64,000 nucleotides of DNA from an uncultured Gemmatimonadales bacterium (GTDB lineage Bacteria; Gemmatimonadota; Gemmatimonadetes; Gemmatimonadales; GWC2-71-9): contig CAVYSW010000010.1 of NCBI GenBank assembly GCA_963771275.1, forward strand, positions 768,001 through 832,000, read 5' to 3'. Both the position numbers and the translations under genes were made by a program. Positions 8,803-18,608 of the stretch are shown here, in pieces. The notes under the pieces were generated by a model. That model made no database searches, was not told the DNA's origin, and was given only the letters and a program-made list of their open reading frames with translations. Numbering within the stretch: position 1 is the stretch's first letter; each line of letters opens with the position of its first letter.

Positions 8803-10083
8803 ATGACGCGCAAGCACCTCTTCGCCCCACTCGCGCTGGCCGCCGTGCTCGGGGCGTGCCTCGACAACCAGACGATTCAGCCGCCGACGGCAGTAGATCC
8901 GCTGTTCGCGCGCTACGTGTCGCTCGGCAACAGCATCACGGCGGGCTTCCAGTCGGGCGGCATCAACGACAGCACCCAGCAACAGTCATACGCCGTGCTG
9001 CTCGCGGAGCAGATGGGCACCACGTTCAACGTGCCGCTGCTCAACAAGCCAGGCTGCCCACCGCCGTACACGAACGTCTTCACGCAGGAAATCCTGGGAC
9101 CGGCGGTTCCGGGTGGGTGCGCGCTGCGCAGCCCGAACGTCCCCACGTACCTGAACAACCTCGCCGTCCCCGGCGCGGCGGTTGTGGACGTCTTCGACCC
9201 GCTCGGCGCCGGCAACAGCTCCAACGCCCTCACCACGTTCATTGGCGGCGGGCAATCCCAGGTCGATAACGCCCGGCGCGTCATGCCGACGTTCGTCACC
9301 GTCTGGATCGGCAACAACGACGCGCTCGGCGCGGTGCTGGATGCAAGCGACCCAGGCAATGCAGCCGACGTCACGTCACCCGCGACGTTCGCGGAGCGCT
9401 ACGCCGCCATGCTGGATAGCCTCGACGCGCTCGGCACCATCGAAGGGGGCGTGCTCATCGGCGCGGTGCAGGTCGGGCTGGCGCCGTACCTCACGCAGGG
9501 CCGCGTCTGGAAGGGATTCGAGGCGCAGTTCGACGCCCTCACCACGCCGCTCAACGCGTTTGACGTGGACAACAACTGCCTTGGTTTCCAGGCGCTCACA
9601 GCCACGGACACGGCCTGGGTGTCGGTGCCGTTCCCGGTGGGCGGGCCCATGCTCGCCGAGGCGCAGGCCAAGATGGACTCGGTACAGGCTGGCACCCTGG
9701 CACCGCAGAACCTGGTGCCCGTGGTGCTCGACTGCTCCGTGGACGCGGACGTGGTCACGGTGGACGAGATGGTGAACCTGTTCTCCTCGGTGGCCGCCTA
9801 CAACGGGATCATCGAACAGGCGGCGACGGACCACGACTGGGTCTACGTCGATCCCAACGCGCTGCTCGCGCAACTGGTTCAGGACCCCAGCGCAATTCGC
9901 TCGTTCCCGGCGTTCCCCGGCCTGCCCGGTGTCACGCCGGAGCAGTCCCAGCACGAGCCGTTCGGCTGGGCGCTGAGCCTCGACGGGATTCACCCGAGCA
10001 GCGCGACCCACGTGCTCGTCGCCAACGCCCTGATCGCGGCGATCAACGCGAAGTACAGCACCAGCGTCCCGGCGATCCAGTAG
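8803..10083 (+). CDS. SGNH/GDSL hydrolase lipoprotein
   Basis: Lipobox LGAC; block I LGNSITAG, NLAVPGA, WIGNND and DGIHP. Confidence 0.88.
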   Translation: MTRKHLFAPLALAAVLGACLDNQTIQPPTAVDPLFARYVSLGNSITAGFQSGGINDSTQQQSYAVLLAEQMGTTFNVPLLNKPGCPPPYTNVFTQEILGPAVPGGCALRSPNVPTYLNNLAVPGAAVVDVFDPLGAGNSSNALTTFIGGGQSQVDNARRVMPTFVTVWIGNNDALGAVLDASDPGNAADVTSPATFAERYAAMLDSLDALGTIEGGVLIGAVQVGLAPYLTQGRVWKGFEAQFDALTTPLNAFDVDNNCLGFQALTATDTAWVSVPFPVGGPMLAEAQAKMDSVQAGTLAPQNLVPVVLDCSVDADVVTVDEMVNLFSSVAAYNGIIEQAATDHDWVYVDPNALLAQLVQDPSAIRSFPAFPGLPGVTPEQSQHEPFGWALSLDGIHPSSATHVLVANALIAAINAKYSTSVPAIQ

Positions 10084-10104
10084 CGGGTGCTGGCAGGGGG
10101 TGAT

Positions 10105-10134
10105 GGGGGCGGTCGGGGAAACCCGGCCGCCCCC
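10105..10134 (+). terminator. GC-rich stem-loop (terminator or stabiliser, no U tract)
   Basis: GGGGGCGGTCGGG-GAAA-CCCGGCCGCCCCC, 21 nt after the lipase stop. Confidence 0.6.
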
Positions 10135-10187
10135 GCTGCGTTCCCGGCCCTCCGCGCGAGCGGATTGCGGTTAGATTTGCCGAACTC

Positions 10188-11810
10188 ATGCGTACACGAA
10201 CCGCGCGCGTCCTCCTCGCGCTGACCGCCGGCACCGGAGTGCCAGCTCTGCCGGCGGCCGCCCAGCTCCCCGACCCGTACGTCGTGCCGCGGGGGGCGCT
10301 GCGCGTGAGCTTCGAGCCGTGGTACTCGAGCTTCGACCAGCTGTTCGATGCGACGGGGACCCGCATCCCGCTCGGCGCGTACCTGAGCGCCGACACCCTC
10401 GGCGCGCGCTACTTCACCACGCTCGGGCCCGCGGAGCTGGCGGTCCGCTCGATCACCAGCGACCCAACCTTCCGGTTCGACGCCGGCGCGTTCCGCGCCC
10501 GGCTCGACGGCGACATCCGACGGTTCCCGTTCAACTTCGCCCTCGGGCTGTCCAATCGGCTCACGCTCACCGCCAGCGTGCCGCTCGTCACGACCCGCGT
10601 CAACTCGTTCGCGACGCTCGATACCACGAACGCCAATGCGGGGTGGAACCAGGTCACCGACCTCGGCGCCGCCGGAGCGCGGGACTCCGTCATTCAGCTG
10701 CTCGCCGACCTGACCACCGCCGCCGCGACCCTCGAGGCCGGCATCGCCGCCGGGCAGTTCGGGTGTCCCACGGATCCCACCTGCGACCAAGCTCGCGCGC
10801 TGGCCCAGGCGCTTCCCGTTCTCGCGGCGGATCTTGCCGCCCTGGTCGGCATGCCGGGCCTCGTGTCGGGCGACGGCACCACCCCCGCGCCGCCGTTTGC
10901 CCCGCTGGCGGGATCGCCCGCCGGGCAGGCCATCCAGCAAGCAATCGCCGGCGTGAGCGCCGAGCTGGTGGCGCTCGGCCTACCGCCGCTCTCGGGCAGC
11001 CTGCCGCTCCCGACGGGACGCGTGGGGGGGAACGGCGTCGACGCCGTGCTGGGCGGCGCCGCGTTCGGCTACGATGCGGCGCCGGTGAGCCCGGGCGCGA
11101 CCACCAAGCTCTCGGGGCTCGGCGACATCGAGGTGGGCGTGCGCTACGGGATCGTCCAGCGCAAGGCGCTGCGCGCCGTGCTCGGAGCGGGCGCGCGCCT
11201 GCCGACGGGCAAACGCGACAGTCCGGGGAGCCTCGTGGACCTCGGGACCGGCGATCGGCAGCTCGACCTGATCTGGACCCTCGACGCCGCGTTCGAGCCG
11301 GGCGACCATCTCGGGCTGTGGCTCGCCGCCTCGTGGACGATGCAGTTCCCTGATCAGCTCGCGCGCCGCGTCACGCGGCTCGATCAGCCCGTGGCCCTCG
11401 CCGCGACCGAGACCGTCGTCAATCGCAACCTGGGCGACGTGATGCGGGTGAGCGCCCACCCCGCGGTCCGCCTGACGCCGCAGCTGCGCGTGTTCGTTTC
11501 GGCGTCATATTACCGCAAGGGACGCGATTCCTACTCGGTCGGCGGCAACGCGCTGCCCGAGCTCGAAGCCCTGACGGCGATGGAGACGTGGGGGTTCGGG
11601 GCGGGCATCTGGTTTCGCGGCGACCGCGGCAGGCGCGCGGCGGCCCTGCCGCTCGACGCGCATCTGGCCTACAACGTCGCCTACTTCGGGAACGGCGGCG
11701 CGACCCCCAAGGCGAGCACGCTCACCTTCGGGCTTCGCCTGTACTACAACCTCTGGGGCAGCTCGGCCGCACCCACCGCGCCACCGTCCGAACCGCCCGC
11801 TGGGAGCTGA
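10188..11810 (+). CDS. Secreted or outer-membrane beta-barrel-like hypothetical protein
   Basis: Signal peptide; GLGDIEVGVRY, RLPTG and DLGTGD motifs recall putative transporter barrels; alternating hydrophobic strands. Confidence 0.65.
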   Translation: MRTRTARVLLALTAGTGVPALPAAAQLPDPYVVPRGALRVSFEPWYSSFDQLFDATGTRIPLGAYLSADTLGARYFTTLGPAELAVRSITSDPTFRFDAGAFRARLDGDIRRFPFNFALGLSNRLTLTASVPLVTTRVNSFATLDTTNANAGWNQVTDLGAAGARDSVIQLLADLTTAAATLEAGIAAGQFGCPTDPTCDQARALAQALPVLAADLAALVGMPGLVSGDGTTPAPPFAPLAGSPAGQAIQQAIAGVSAELVALGLPPLSGSLPLPTGRVGGNGVDAVLGGAAFGYDAAPVSPGATTKLSGLGDIEVGVRYGIVQRKALRAVLGAGARLPTGKRDSPGSLVDLGTGDRQLDLIWTLDAAFEPGDHLGLWLAASWTMQFPDQLARRVTRLDQPVALAATETVVNRNLGDVMRVSAHPAVRLTPQLRVFVSASYYRKGRDSYSVGGNALPELEALTAMETWGFGAGIWFRGDRGRRAAALPLDAHLAYNVAYFGNGGATPKASTLTFGLRLYYNLWGSSAAPTAPPSEPPAGS

Positions 11811-11813
11811 CCC

Positions 11814-13493
11814 TCACCCGGGGCGCGCGGCCCGGCCGCGCCGCAACAGGTCGGCGGCGTGCGCCCGCAGAGCGCGGTCCGCGGCATCGCCGAGCATGCG
11901 TGCCACCTCCAGCTCACGGGCCTCACCCCGCAGCACTTCGACGCCTGCCGTGGACATCCCGGCGACCGTGCGCTTCACGACCTTGAGATGATGGTCGGCC
12001 CGCGCCGCGATCTGGGGGAGGTGCGTCACCACCAGCACCTGGCGGGTGGCGGCGACGCGGGCGAGCGCGTCGGCAACCTGCTGGCCGACCTCACCGCCGA
12101 TTCCCTGATCCACCTCGTCGAATACGAGGGTCGGGACCGCGTCGTGCGCGGCGAGCACGACCTTGAAGGCGAGGGTTATGCGTGACAGCTCGCCGCCGCT
12201 CGCCACCTGGGCGAGCGGGCGCGCGTCCATCCCGACGTTCAGCTCCACCAGGTATGCCACGACGTCCGCCCCCTGCGACGTCGTCGGGCCGGGCGCGACG
12301 TCCACGCGGACCCTGCCGCCCGGCAGGCCGAGCCCCGGCAGCAGTCGGGTGACCGCCTTCCCCAGGCGCGCTGCCGCCTTGCCCCGCTTGGCGGTGAGCG
12401 CCTCCGCGGCGGCGGCCAGGCGGCGGTCCGCGGCCAAGCGCCGCTCCCGCAGACCGGCCAGATCGAGCGTCCGGGTGTCGAGCAGCTCCAGCTCCCGCCG
12501 GGCTTCGTCGCCGGTGCGGAGCACGTCCTCGATCGTCGGGCCGTACTTCTGCATGAGCCGGAACAGCAGGTCGCGACGCCGCTCGACCTGCTCCAGGCGC
12601 GCGGGATCAAGATCCAGCTCCGAGGCATAGTCGCGCACCGCCCGCCCGAGCTCGTCCGCCTGGGCGAGCGCTCCATCAAGCAGCTCGCGCCACCGGCCGA
12701 CGGACGGATCGAGGCGCTCGAGCTGGGTCAGCGCGCGGTCGGCGCCGCCGAGGCGCGTGATCGCTCCCTGGTCCTCGTCGTCCAGCAGATCGGCGAGCTG
12801 GCCCGAGAGGCGGATCAGCTCCTCGCCCGCCGCGAGGCGCTTGGCGTCGGTAGCGAGTGTCTCGTCCTCGCCGGGCCTGGGGGCCGCGGCCGCGATCTCC
12901 TGGCTCACGTGGCGCAGGTAGTCGGCCCGGCGCTCGATCTCCCCGTGCCGGGCGACCAGTGCCGCCTCCGCTTCCCGCGCCGTCTGCGCGTCCGCAAACG
13001 CCGCCGCGACGGCATCGCGCTCGCCCTCGGCTTCGGCGAAGGCGTCGAGCAGGGTCCGCTGCTCGGCGGGCCGCAGCAGGGACTGCGCTTCATGCTGTCC
13101 ATGGAGGTCCACCAGCACGCTGCCGAGCTCGGCCAGGGTGGCAACGGTCGTTGGAGCGCCATTGGCCCACGCGCGGTTGGGCCCGTCCGAGCGCAGCTCG
13201 CGGCGCACGACGAGCCGCCCGTGCTCCAGCTCGATACCGGCCGGCCCCGCACGCGCCGCGAGCGCCGCTCCGGCGCGCCCGGTGGGCTCGAACGCCGCTT
13301 CCACCGCGGCCCGGTCGGCACCGGGCCGCACCCGATCGCCGGTCGCGCGTTCGCCGAGCAGCAGGGCCAGCGCGTCGACCAGCATGGACTTCCCGGCACC
13401 GGTCTCGCCGGTCAGCACGTTGAGGCCAGGTGCGAGATGCAGGGAGGCATCCGCGATCACCGCCAGATCGCGGACGCGGAGCTCGGTCAGCAC
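11814..13493 (-). CDS. recN: DNA repair protein RecN
   Basis: LTGETGAGKS, HGQHE, ASGGELSR, FDEVDQGIGG, THLPQIAA. Confidence 0.97.
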   Translation of the reverse strand: MLTELRVRDLAVIADASLHLAPGLNVLTGETGAGKSMLVDALALLLGERATGDRVRPGADRAAVEAAFEPTGRAGAALAARAGPAGIELEHGRLVVRRELRSDGPNRAWANGAPTTVATLAELGSVLVDLHGQHEAQSLLRPAEQRTLLDAFAEAEGERDAVAAAFADAQTAREAEAALVARHGEIERRADYLRHVSQEIAAAAPRPGEDETLATDAKRLAAGEELIRLSGQLADLLDDEDQGAITRLGGADRALTQLERLDPSVGRWRELLDGALAQADELGRAVRDYASELDLDPARLEQVERRRDLLFRLMQKYGPTIEDVLRTGDEARRELELLDTRTLDLAGLRERRLAADRRLAAAAEALTAKRGKAAARLGKAVTRLLPGLGLPGGRVRVDVAPGPTTSQGADVVAYLVELNVGMDARPLAQVASGGELSRITLAFKVVLAAHDAVPTLVFDEVDQGIGGEVGQQVADALARVAATRQVLVVTHLPQIAARADHHLKVVKRTVAGMSTAGVEVLRGEARELEVARMLGDAADRALRAHAADLLRRGRAARPG

Positions 13494-13495
13494 GC

Positions 13496-14371
13496 TCAGG
13501 CCCGTTCGCGGTCGGTCAGGTCACCCCATTGCAGCATCCGGCGCATGCGGGCAAAGAAGCCGCCCGATCCGAGCCGGACGAGCCGGGCATCGTAGCTGCC
13601 GCGCGTCACGGTCAGCCGGGCCCCCTCGCCGAGCGATTCGCCCACCTGGCCGTCGTACGAGACGATCACGTCCTCCTCGCCGATCGGCGGCAGCACCTCG
13701 ACCGTGATGCGCGCGCTCGCCGGCACGACGATCGGTCGCACTGCGAGCGTATGGGGACAGATCGGCGTCACGACGAAGGCGTCGACGGCCGGCACCACGA
13801 CCGGACCACCGGCGCTCAGCGAGTAGGCCGTCGACCCGGTGGGCGTCGCCACGATCAGGCCGTCGGACGCGAACGCGCCGATCTCCTCGTCGTTGAGCAG
13901 CAGGCGGAGCCGGATCACCCGGGAGACCCCGGCCTTGTGCACCACCACGTCGTTCAGGGCCGTGGCCTGGCGATGGACCTGCCCGCGGGCATCGACCGTC
14001 GCGGCCGCGAGGGTGCTGTGCGTCTCGACGTGGTAGTCGCCGCGCACGGCCGCCGCGAGCGCGGCGTCCAGCGTGCCGGGCACGGCAGTCGTGAGGAATC
14101 CGACCATGCCGATCTTCACGCCGAGGATCGGAATCCCGTGCGGGCTCACGAGGCGCGCCGTGCGGAGCAGCGTCCCGTCGCCCCCGAAGCACACCACCAG
14201 GTCGGGCCGGCGTCCGGTCAGATCCAGCGCGGGCACGGGCGTGCTCCACACCTCCGCCAGATCGGGCTCGGATTGGAGCGCGAAGCCGTCCCGGGCCGCG
14301 GCGCGGGCGACCTGCTCGAGCAGGGCCCGCAGGCCGTCGTAGCGGGGGTTCCCGGTGACGCCGAGGATCAT
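13496..14371 (-). CDS. nadK: NAD kinase
   Basis: GGDGT, ALNDVV, DGLIVATPTGSTAYSLSAGGP, PICPH; ATG overlaps the dxs stop (ATGA). Confidence 0.96.
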   Translation of the reverse strand: MILGVTGNPRYDGLRALLEQVARAAARDGFALQSEPDLAEVWSTPVPALDLTGRRPDLVVCFGGDGTLLRTARLVSPHGIPILGVKIGMVGFLTTAVPGTLDAALAAAVRGDYHVETHSTLAAATVDARGQVHRQATALNDVVVHKAGVSRVIRLRLLLNDEEIGAFASDGLIVATPTGSTAYSLSAGGPVVVPAVDAFVVTPICPHTLAVRPIVVPASARITVEVLPPIGEEDVIVSYDGQVGESLGEGARLTVTRGSYDARLVRLGSGGFFARMRRMLQWGDLTDRERA

Positions 14372-16266
14372 CGGGCCGAGAGGCTCTCCCGTTCGGCGAG
14401 GGCCCGCACCCTGGCGGCAATGCCCGCGGCGTCGAGGCCCGCGTCCGCGAGCTGGGCCGACCGGCCGGCGTGCTCCCACGTGCGGTCCGCGACGCCGAGC
14501 GTGCTGACGCGGACATCGGGGGCGAGTTCGCCCACATGCACGGCCACCATGGCGCCGAAGCCGTTCACGACCACGCCGTCCTCGACCGTGACGAGCACCC
14601 GGTGGTCCTGCACCAGGAGCTCCAGCAGCGCGTGATCCATCGGCTTGAGAAACCGGCAGCTTACCACCGACACGTCGAGCCCGTCGGCGCGCAGCAGCTC
14701 CGCCGCGCCCAGGGCCGGCTCGCACATCACGCCCACGGCGAGAATCGCGCAGTCGCGTCCCTGCCGCAGCACCTCCCACGACCCGTACGGCAGCGCGCCC
14801 ACGTCCGCCACCGGCGGAACGACGCCCGGCACGTTGTCCCGCGGGTAGCGGATGGCGAACGGCCCGTCGTGCGCCAGCGCGCCGCGCAACAGCCCGATCA
14901 GCTCGGCGGCGTCGCGCGGCGCCGTGACCGTCATGTTGGGCACGGCGAGCATGTAGGCGATGTCGTACAGTCCCATATGGGTCTGGCCGTCCGCGCCGAC
15001 CATGCCGGCGCGGTCGAGGCAGAACGTGACCGGCAGGTTCTGAATCGCCACGTCATGGATCACGCCGTCGTAGGCCCGCTGCAGGAACGTCGAGTAGATC
15101 GCGACGACCGGCCGCAGCCCCTGCGTCGCGAGCCCCGCCGCGAACGTGGTGGCGTGTCCCTCGGCGATGCCCACGTCGAAGAACCGGGCGGGCCAGCGCT
15201 GCTCGAACGCGTTCGTGCCGGTGCCGGAGGGCATCGCCGCCGTGATCGCCACGATCCGCTCGTCCTCGCCGGCGAGGGCGGCGAGCGCCTCGCCGAACAC
15301 CTTGGTCCAGGCCGACCCCGGGTTCTTCACCGGCCGCAACACACCGGTCTGCGGATCGTAGGGGTTCCGCGCGTGGAACTTCTCGCGGTCCGGCTCGCTG
15401 AGCGGGAAGCCCCGGCCCTTTTCGGTCAGAACGTGCATCAGCCGCGGGCCCTTCAGAGTCCGCACCAGGTCGAGCGTGCGCAGCAGGGCGGGAATGTCGT
15501 GACCGTTGATCGGACCGAAGTAGCGGAACCCCAGCTCCTCGAACAGCATGCCGGGCGACCAGAGGTTCTTGATGCTCTCTTCGACCGTCTTCGCGAGATC
15601 GATCATGCGCTGGCCGCCCACGACGTGCGACGCGCGCTCGATGATGTGCTTCACGCCCTCCCGCATCCGGTTGGCCAGCGGGCTCGCGATCGCGGAGCCG
15701 AGGTACTTGTGGATCGCCCCGACATTCGGGGCGATCGACATGCCGTTGTCGTTGAGGACGATCAGCAGATCGCGGTGCGAGTGGCCCGCGTTGTTCAAGC
15801 CCTCGTAGGGGAGCCCGCACGTCATGGCGCCGTCACCCACCACCGCCACCACCTGGAACTGCTCGCCCTGAAGATCGCGCGCGACCGCGATCCCCAGCGC
15901 CGCCGAGATCGCGGTGCCCGCGTGCCCGGCCCCGAACACGTCATGCTCGCTCTCGACCCGGCGCAAAAAGCCGGAGAGGCCGCCGGCCTGCCGCAGCGTC
16001 GGCAGCCGGGCGTTCCGGCCGGTAAGCACCTTCCACGGATAGCCCTGGTGCCCCACGTCCCACACGATCCGGTCGCGCGGCGAATCGAAGCTGTAGAGCA
16101 GCGCGACGGTGAGCTCGACGACCCCGAGCCCTGCCCCGATGTGGCCGCCGGTCTGCGACACCACGTCGATCAGGCGCTGGCGCACCTCATCCGCGACCGC
16201 CGGCAGCTGCTCGCGCGGCAGGCGCTTGAGGTCCTCGGGGCCTTGGATCGAGTCGAGTAGGCTCAT
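14368..16266 (-). CDS. dxs: 1-deoxy-D-xylulose-5-phosphate synthase
   Basis: GGHIGAGLGVVEL, WDVGHQ, GDGA...LNDN TPP motif, IYSTFLQRAYD, DGQTH. Confidence 0.97.
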   Translation of the reverse strand: MSLLDSIQGPEDLKRLPREQLPAVADEVRQRLIDVVSQTGGHIGAGLGVVELTVALLYSFDSPRDRIVWDVGHQGYPWKVLTGRNARLPTLRQAGGLSGFLRRVESEHDVFGAGHAGTAISAALGIAVARDLQGEQFQVVAVVGDGAMTCGLPYEGLNNAGHSHRDLLIVLNDNGMSIAPNVGAIHKYLGSAIASPLANRMREGVKHIIERASHVVGGQRMIDLAKTVEESIKNLWSPGMLFEELGFRYFGPINGHDIPALLRTLDLVRTLKGPRLMHVLTEKGRGFPLSEPDREKFHARNPYDPQTGVLRPVKNPGSAWTKVFGEALAALAGEDERIVAITAAMPSGTGTNAFEQRWPARFFDVGIAEGHATTFAAGLATQGLRPVVAIYSTFLQRAYDGVIHDVAIQNLPVTFCLDRAGMVGADGQTHMGLYDIAYMLAVPNMTVTAPRDAAELIGLLRGALAHDGPFAIRYPRDNVPGVVPPVADVGALPYGSWEVLRQGRDCAILAVGVMCEPALGAAELLRADGLDVSVVSCRFLKPMDHALLELLVQDHRVLVTVEDGVVVNGFGAMVAVHVGELAPDVRVSTLGVADRTWEHAGRSAQLADAGLDAAGIAARVRALAERESLSAR

Positions 16267-16334
16267 GGGGGCGCTACGCTGGTTTCCGTCCGCACCGCTC
16301 AATCACGGCTCCCTCATCGCTGTTCCGCGCCCCC

Positions 16335-17246
16335 TCACGAGCGCCGATTCACCACGAACCGGGCGAGGCCCGGCAGCAGGGTGGAATCTATCCCGGCCGC
16401 CCCGAGACGGTCCACCGCGCGGTCCACCGCGGCCCGCGCCTCCGCCAGCGCGCCGTCCGGCCCGAGCAGCGCGCTGAACGTCGCCTTCCGCTGCCGCGCG
16501 TCCTTGCCGGCCGTCTTGCCGAGCCGAACCGAGCTCTCGGTCACGTCCAGCACGTCGTCCACGATCTGGAACGCCAGCCCGAGCTCCGCCCCGTAGGCCC
16601 GGACCGCCGCGAGGCGTTCGTTGGTGAGCCCCGCCGCGAGCCCGCCGATTGCCGCGCTCGCGGCGATCATCGCGCCGGTCTTGGCGCGGTGGAGCGCGAT
16701 CACCGCCGCCAGGTCGAGCGCGCAGCCCTCGGCCGCCAGGTCGAGCACCTGCCCGCCGATCATGCCGCCCACGCCGGCAGCCTGGAACAGGGCCCGCACC
16801 ACCACCCGCCGCGGGTCCGTCGCCATCCCCAGGCGCTCGCAGCCCGCCGCGGCCATCCACGCGGCGAGCGGCACCATGCGGAACCCGGCCTCCGCGGCCA
16901 CGCCGGCCCCGAATACGCGGTGCACCGTCGGCCGCCCGCGCCGCAGCGCGTCGTCGTCCATGCAGGGCAGATCGTCGTGCACCAGCGAGTAGGTGTGCAC
17001 CACCTCGATGGCGGCGGCGAGCTCGGCCGCGTCCCCGCGCCCGCCGACCTCGCGGTGGATCGCGAGGGTCAGCCCCGGTCGGAGCCGCTTGCCGGGTCCC
17101 TCGAGGGCGTACACGATGGCTTCACCCACCGGCCCGGGATACGCCGCGCGAATGCGGGGGTGCCAGGCCGCGAGCGCCGCGTTCACCGCCGCGCGCGCGC
17201 CGGCCAGGAAGGCCGCCGCGTCAGGCGTCGAGGTCGCCGGTGACAA
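16335..17246 (-). CDS. ispA: Polyprenyl (farnesyl) diphosphate synthase
   Basis: GKRLRP, SLVHDDLPCMDDDALRRGRPT, KTGA, FQIVDDVLD; start uncertain (TTG 17246 inside the xseB end). Confidence 0.93.
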   Translation of the reverse strand: MSPATSTPDAAAFLAGARAAVNAALAAWHPRIRAAYPGPVGEAIVYALEGPGKRLRPGLTLAIHREVGGRGDAAELAAAIEVVHTYSLVHDDLPCMDDDALRRGRPTVHRVFGAGVAAEAGFRMVPLAAWMAAAGCERLGMATDPRRVVVRALFQAAGVGGMIGGQVLDLAAEGCALDLAAVIALHRAKTGAMIAASAAIGGLAAGLTNERLAAVRAYGAELGLAFQIVDDVLDVTESSVRLGKTAGKDARQRKATFSALLGPDGALAEARAAVDRAVDRLGAAGIDSTLLPGLARFVVNRRS

Positions 17247-17442
17247 TGGTGCCGTCCGCCTCAGCCAGCACTTTCTTGACCTGCTGCTCGCCCGCGGCGA
17301 GCAGCCCGCGCGCCACCTTGAGCTGCGCGATCCCGTCGGCGAACAGCGCCAGCGCGCGGTCCAGATCGAGGTCGTTGCGCTCGAGGTCCCGCACGATGGC
17401 CTCGAGCCGCTCGAGCGCCTCACCGAACGACGGTTGCGTCAT
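17221..17442 (-). CDS. xseB: Exodeoxyribonuclease VII small subunit
   Basis: FGEALERLEAIVRDLE...LDRALALFADG; located between xseA and ispA. Confidence 0.93.
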   Translation of the reverse strand: MTQPSFGEALERLEAIVRDLERNDLDLDRALALFADGIAQLKVARGLLAAGEQQVKKVLAEADGTIVTGDLDA

Positions 17443-18608
17443 CAGGCCTCCTTCGGTCCGGCCACCCGGGCCGGCACGTCGCCGTCCGCGAGCGTGAGGC
17501 GGAACGGTGCTCCGGGGGTGAACTGCCCCACCCGGCGGAGCACGTGGCCGTCGGCGTCCCGGGCGACGGCGTAACCCCGCTCCAGCACGCGGAGCGGGCT
17601 CAGCGCCTGCAGCGTGCCGCCCAGCGCGTCGAGCCGCGCGCGCCCCCGCTCGAGCCGTCCGCTCAACGAGGCGCTCAGCCGGTCCGCCGTGCGCTCGAGC
17701 CGCTGCTGGCCGGCCTCGACCCGGCCGATGAGGCCGCCGGCGAGCCGTCGCGCGAGCCCGTTCACCTGCGCCAGCGTCGCCGTGCGATCCGGCACGACCG
17801 CCTCCGCCGCGGCCGAGGGGGTGGCGGCGCGCACGTCGGCCACGAGGTCGGTGAGCGAGACGTCGGTCTCATGGCCCACGGCGGACACCGTCGGCACGCG
17901 CACCGCGGCGACCGCACGGGCCACCGCCTCGCTGTTGAACGCCCAGAGGTCCTCGCGCGATCCACCGCCCCGGCCGACGATCACCACCTCCACGTCCAGC
18001 CGGTTCACCAGCGCGAGGGCGGCCCGCAGCTCGGCCTCCGCGGTCTCGCCCTGGACCCGCGCGGGCACCACCGTCAGGCGGGCCGCCGGCCAGCGGCGTC
18101 GCATCACCGCCACGATGTCCCGCAAGGCGGCGCCATCGGGGCTCGTCACGATGGCGATGCGCTCGGGGTAGCGCGGCAGCGGACGCTTCCGCGCGGGGTC
18201 GAGCAGCCCGTCCTGCGCCAGGGCCGCGCGGGCGCGCTCGAGCTTGAGCTGCCACATCCCCCCCGCGGTGGTCGGGATCACCTGGCGCACCGTGAGGCGG
18301 AACTCGCCGCGCTCCTCCCAGACCGTGGGCTGCGCTTCCGCGAAGATCGCGAGGCCGTCCGCGAGCGGCGCGTCGAGCCGCTGGTTGTCGGTGCGCCACA
18401 TGACGCAGCGCACCTGCGCCTGCCGGTCGCGCAGGGAGAAGTACCAATGGCCGCTCTGGTACGCCTTGAAGCCGGTCACCTCGCCGCGCACCCACAGACG
18501 CTCGAAGCCCGCCTCCAGCAGCTGGCGGGCCCGTTGGGTCACCTGCGAAACCGACCAGGCGCCTTCGGCGGGCGCCGCGCCGCTCGGGAAGAGCGTCAGC
18601 TCACCCAC
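17442..18608 (-). CDS. xseA: Exodeoxyribonuclease VII large subunit
   Basis: WVRGEV, SGHWYFSLRD, TSPDGAA, RGGGSREDLWAFN, AVGHETD, ATPSAAAE; start GTG 18608. Confidence 0.96.
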   Translation of the reverse strand: MGELTLFPSGAAPAEGAWSVSQVTQRARQLLEAGFERLWVRGEVTGFKAYQSGHWYFSLRDRQAQVRCVMWRTDNQRLDAPLADGLAIFAEAQPTVWEERGEFRLTVRQVIPTTAGGMWQLKLERARAALAQDGLLDPARKRPLPRYPERIAIVTSPDGAALRDIVAVMRRRWPAARLTVVPARVQGETAEAELRAALALVNRLDVEVVIVGRGGGSREDLWAFNSEAVARAVAAVRVPTVSAVGHETDVSLTDLVADVRAATPSAAAEAVVPDRTATLAQVNGLARRLAGGLIGRVEAGQQRLERTADRLSASLSGRLERGRARLDALGGTLQALSPLRVLERGYAVARDADGHVLRRVGQFTPGAPFRLTLADGDVPARVAGPKEA

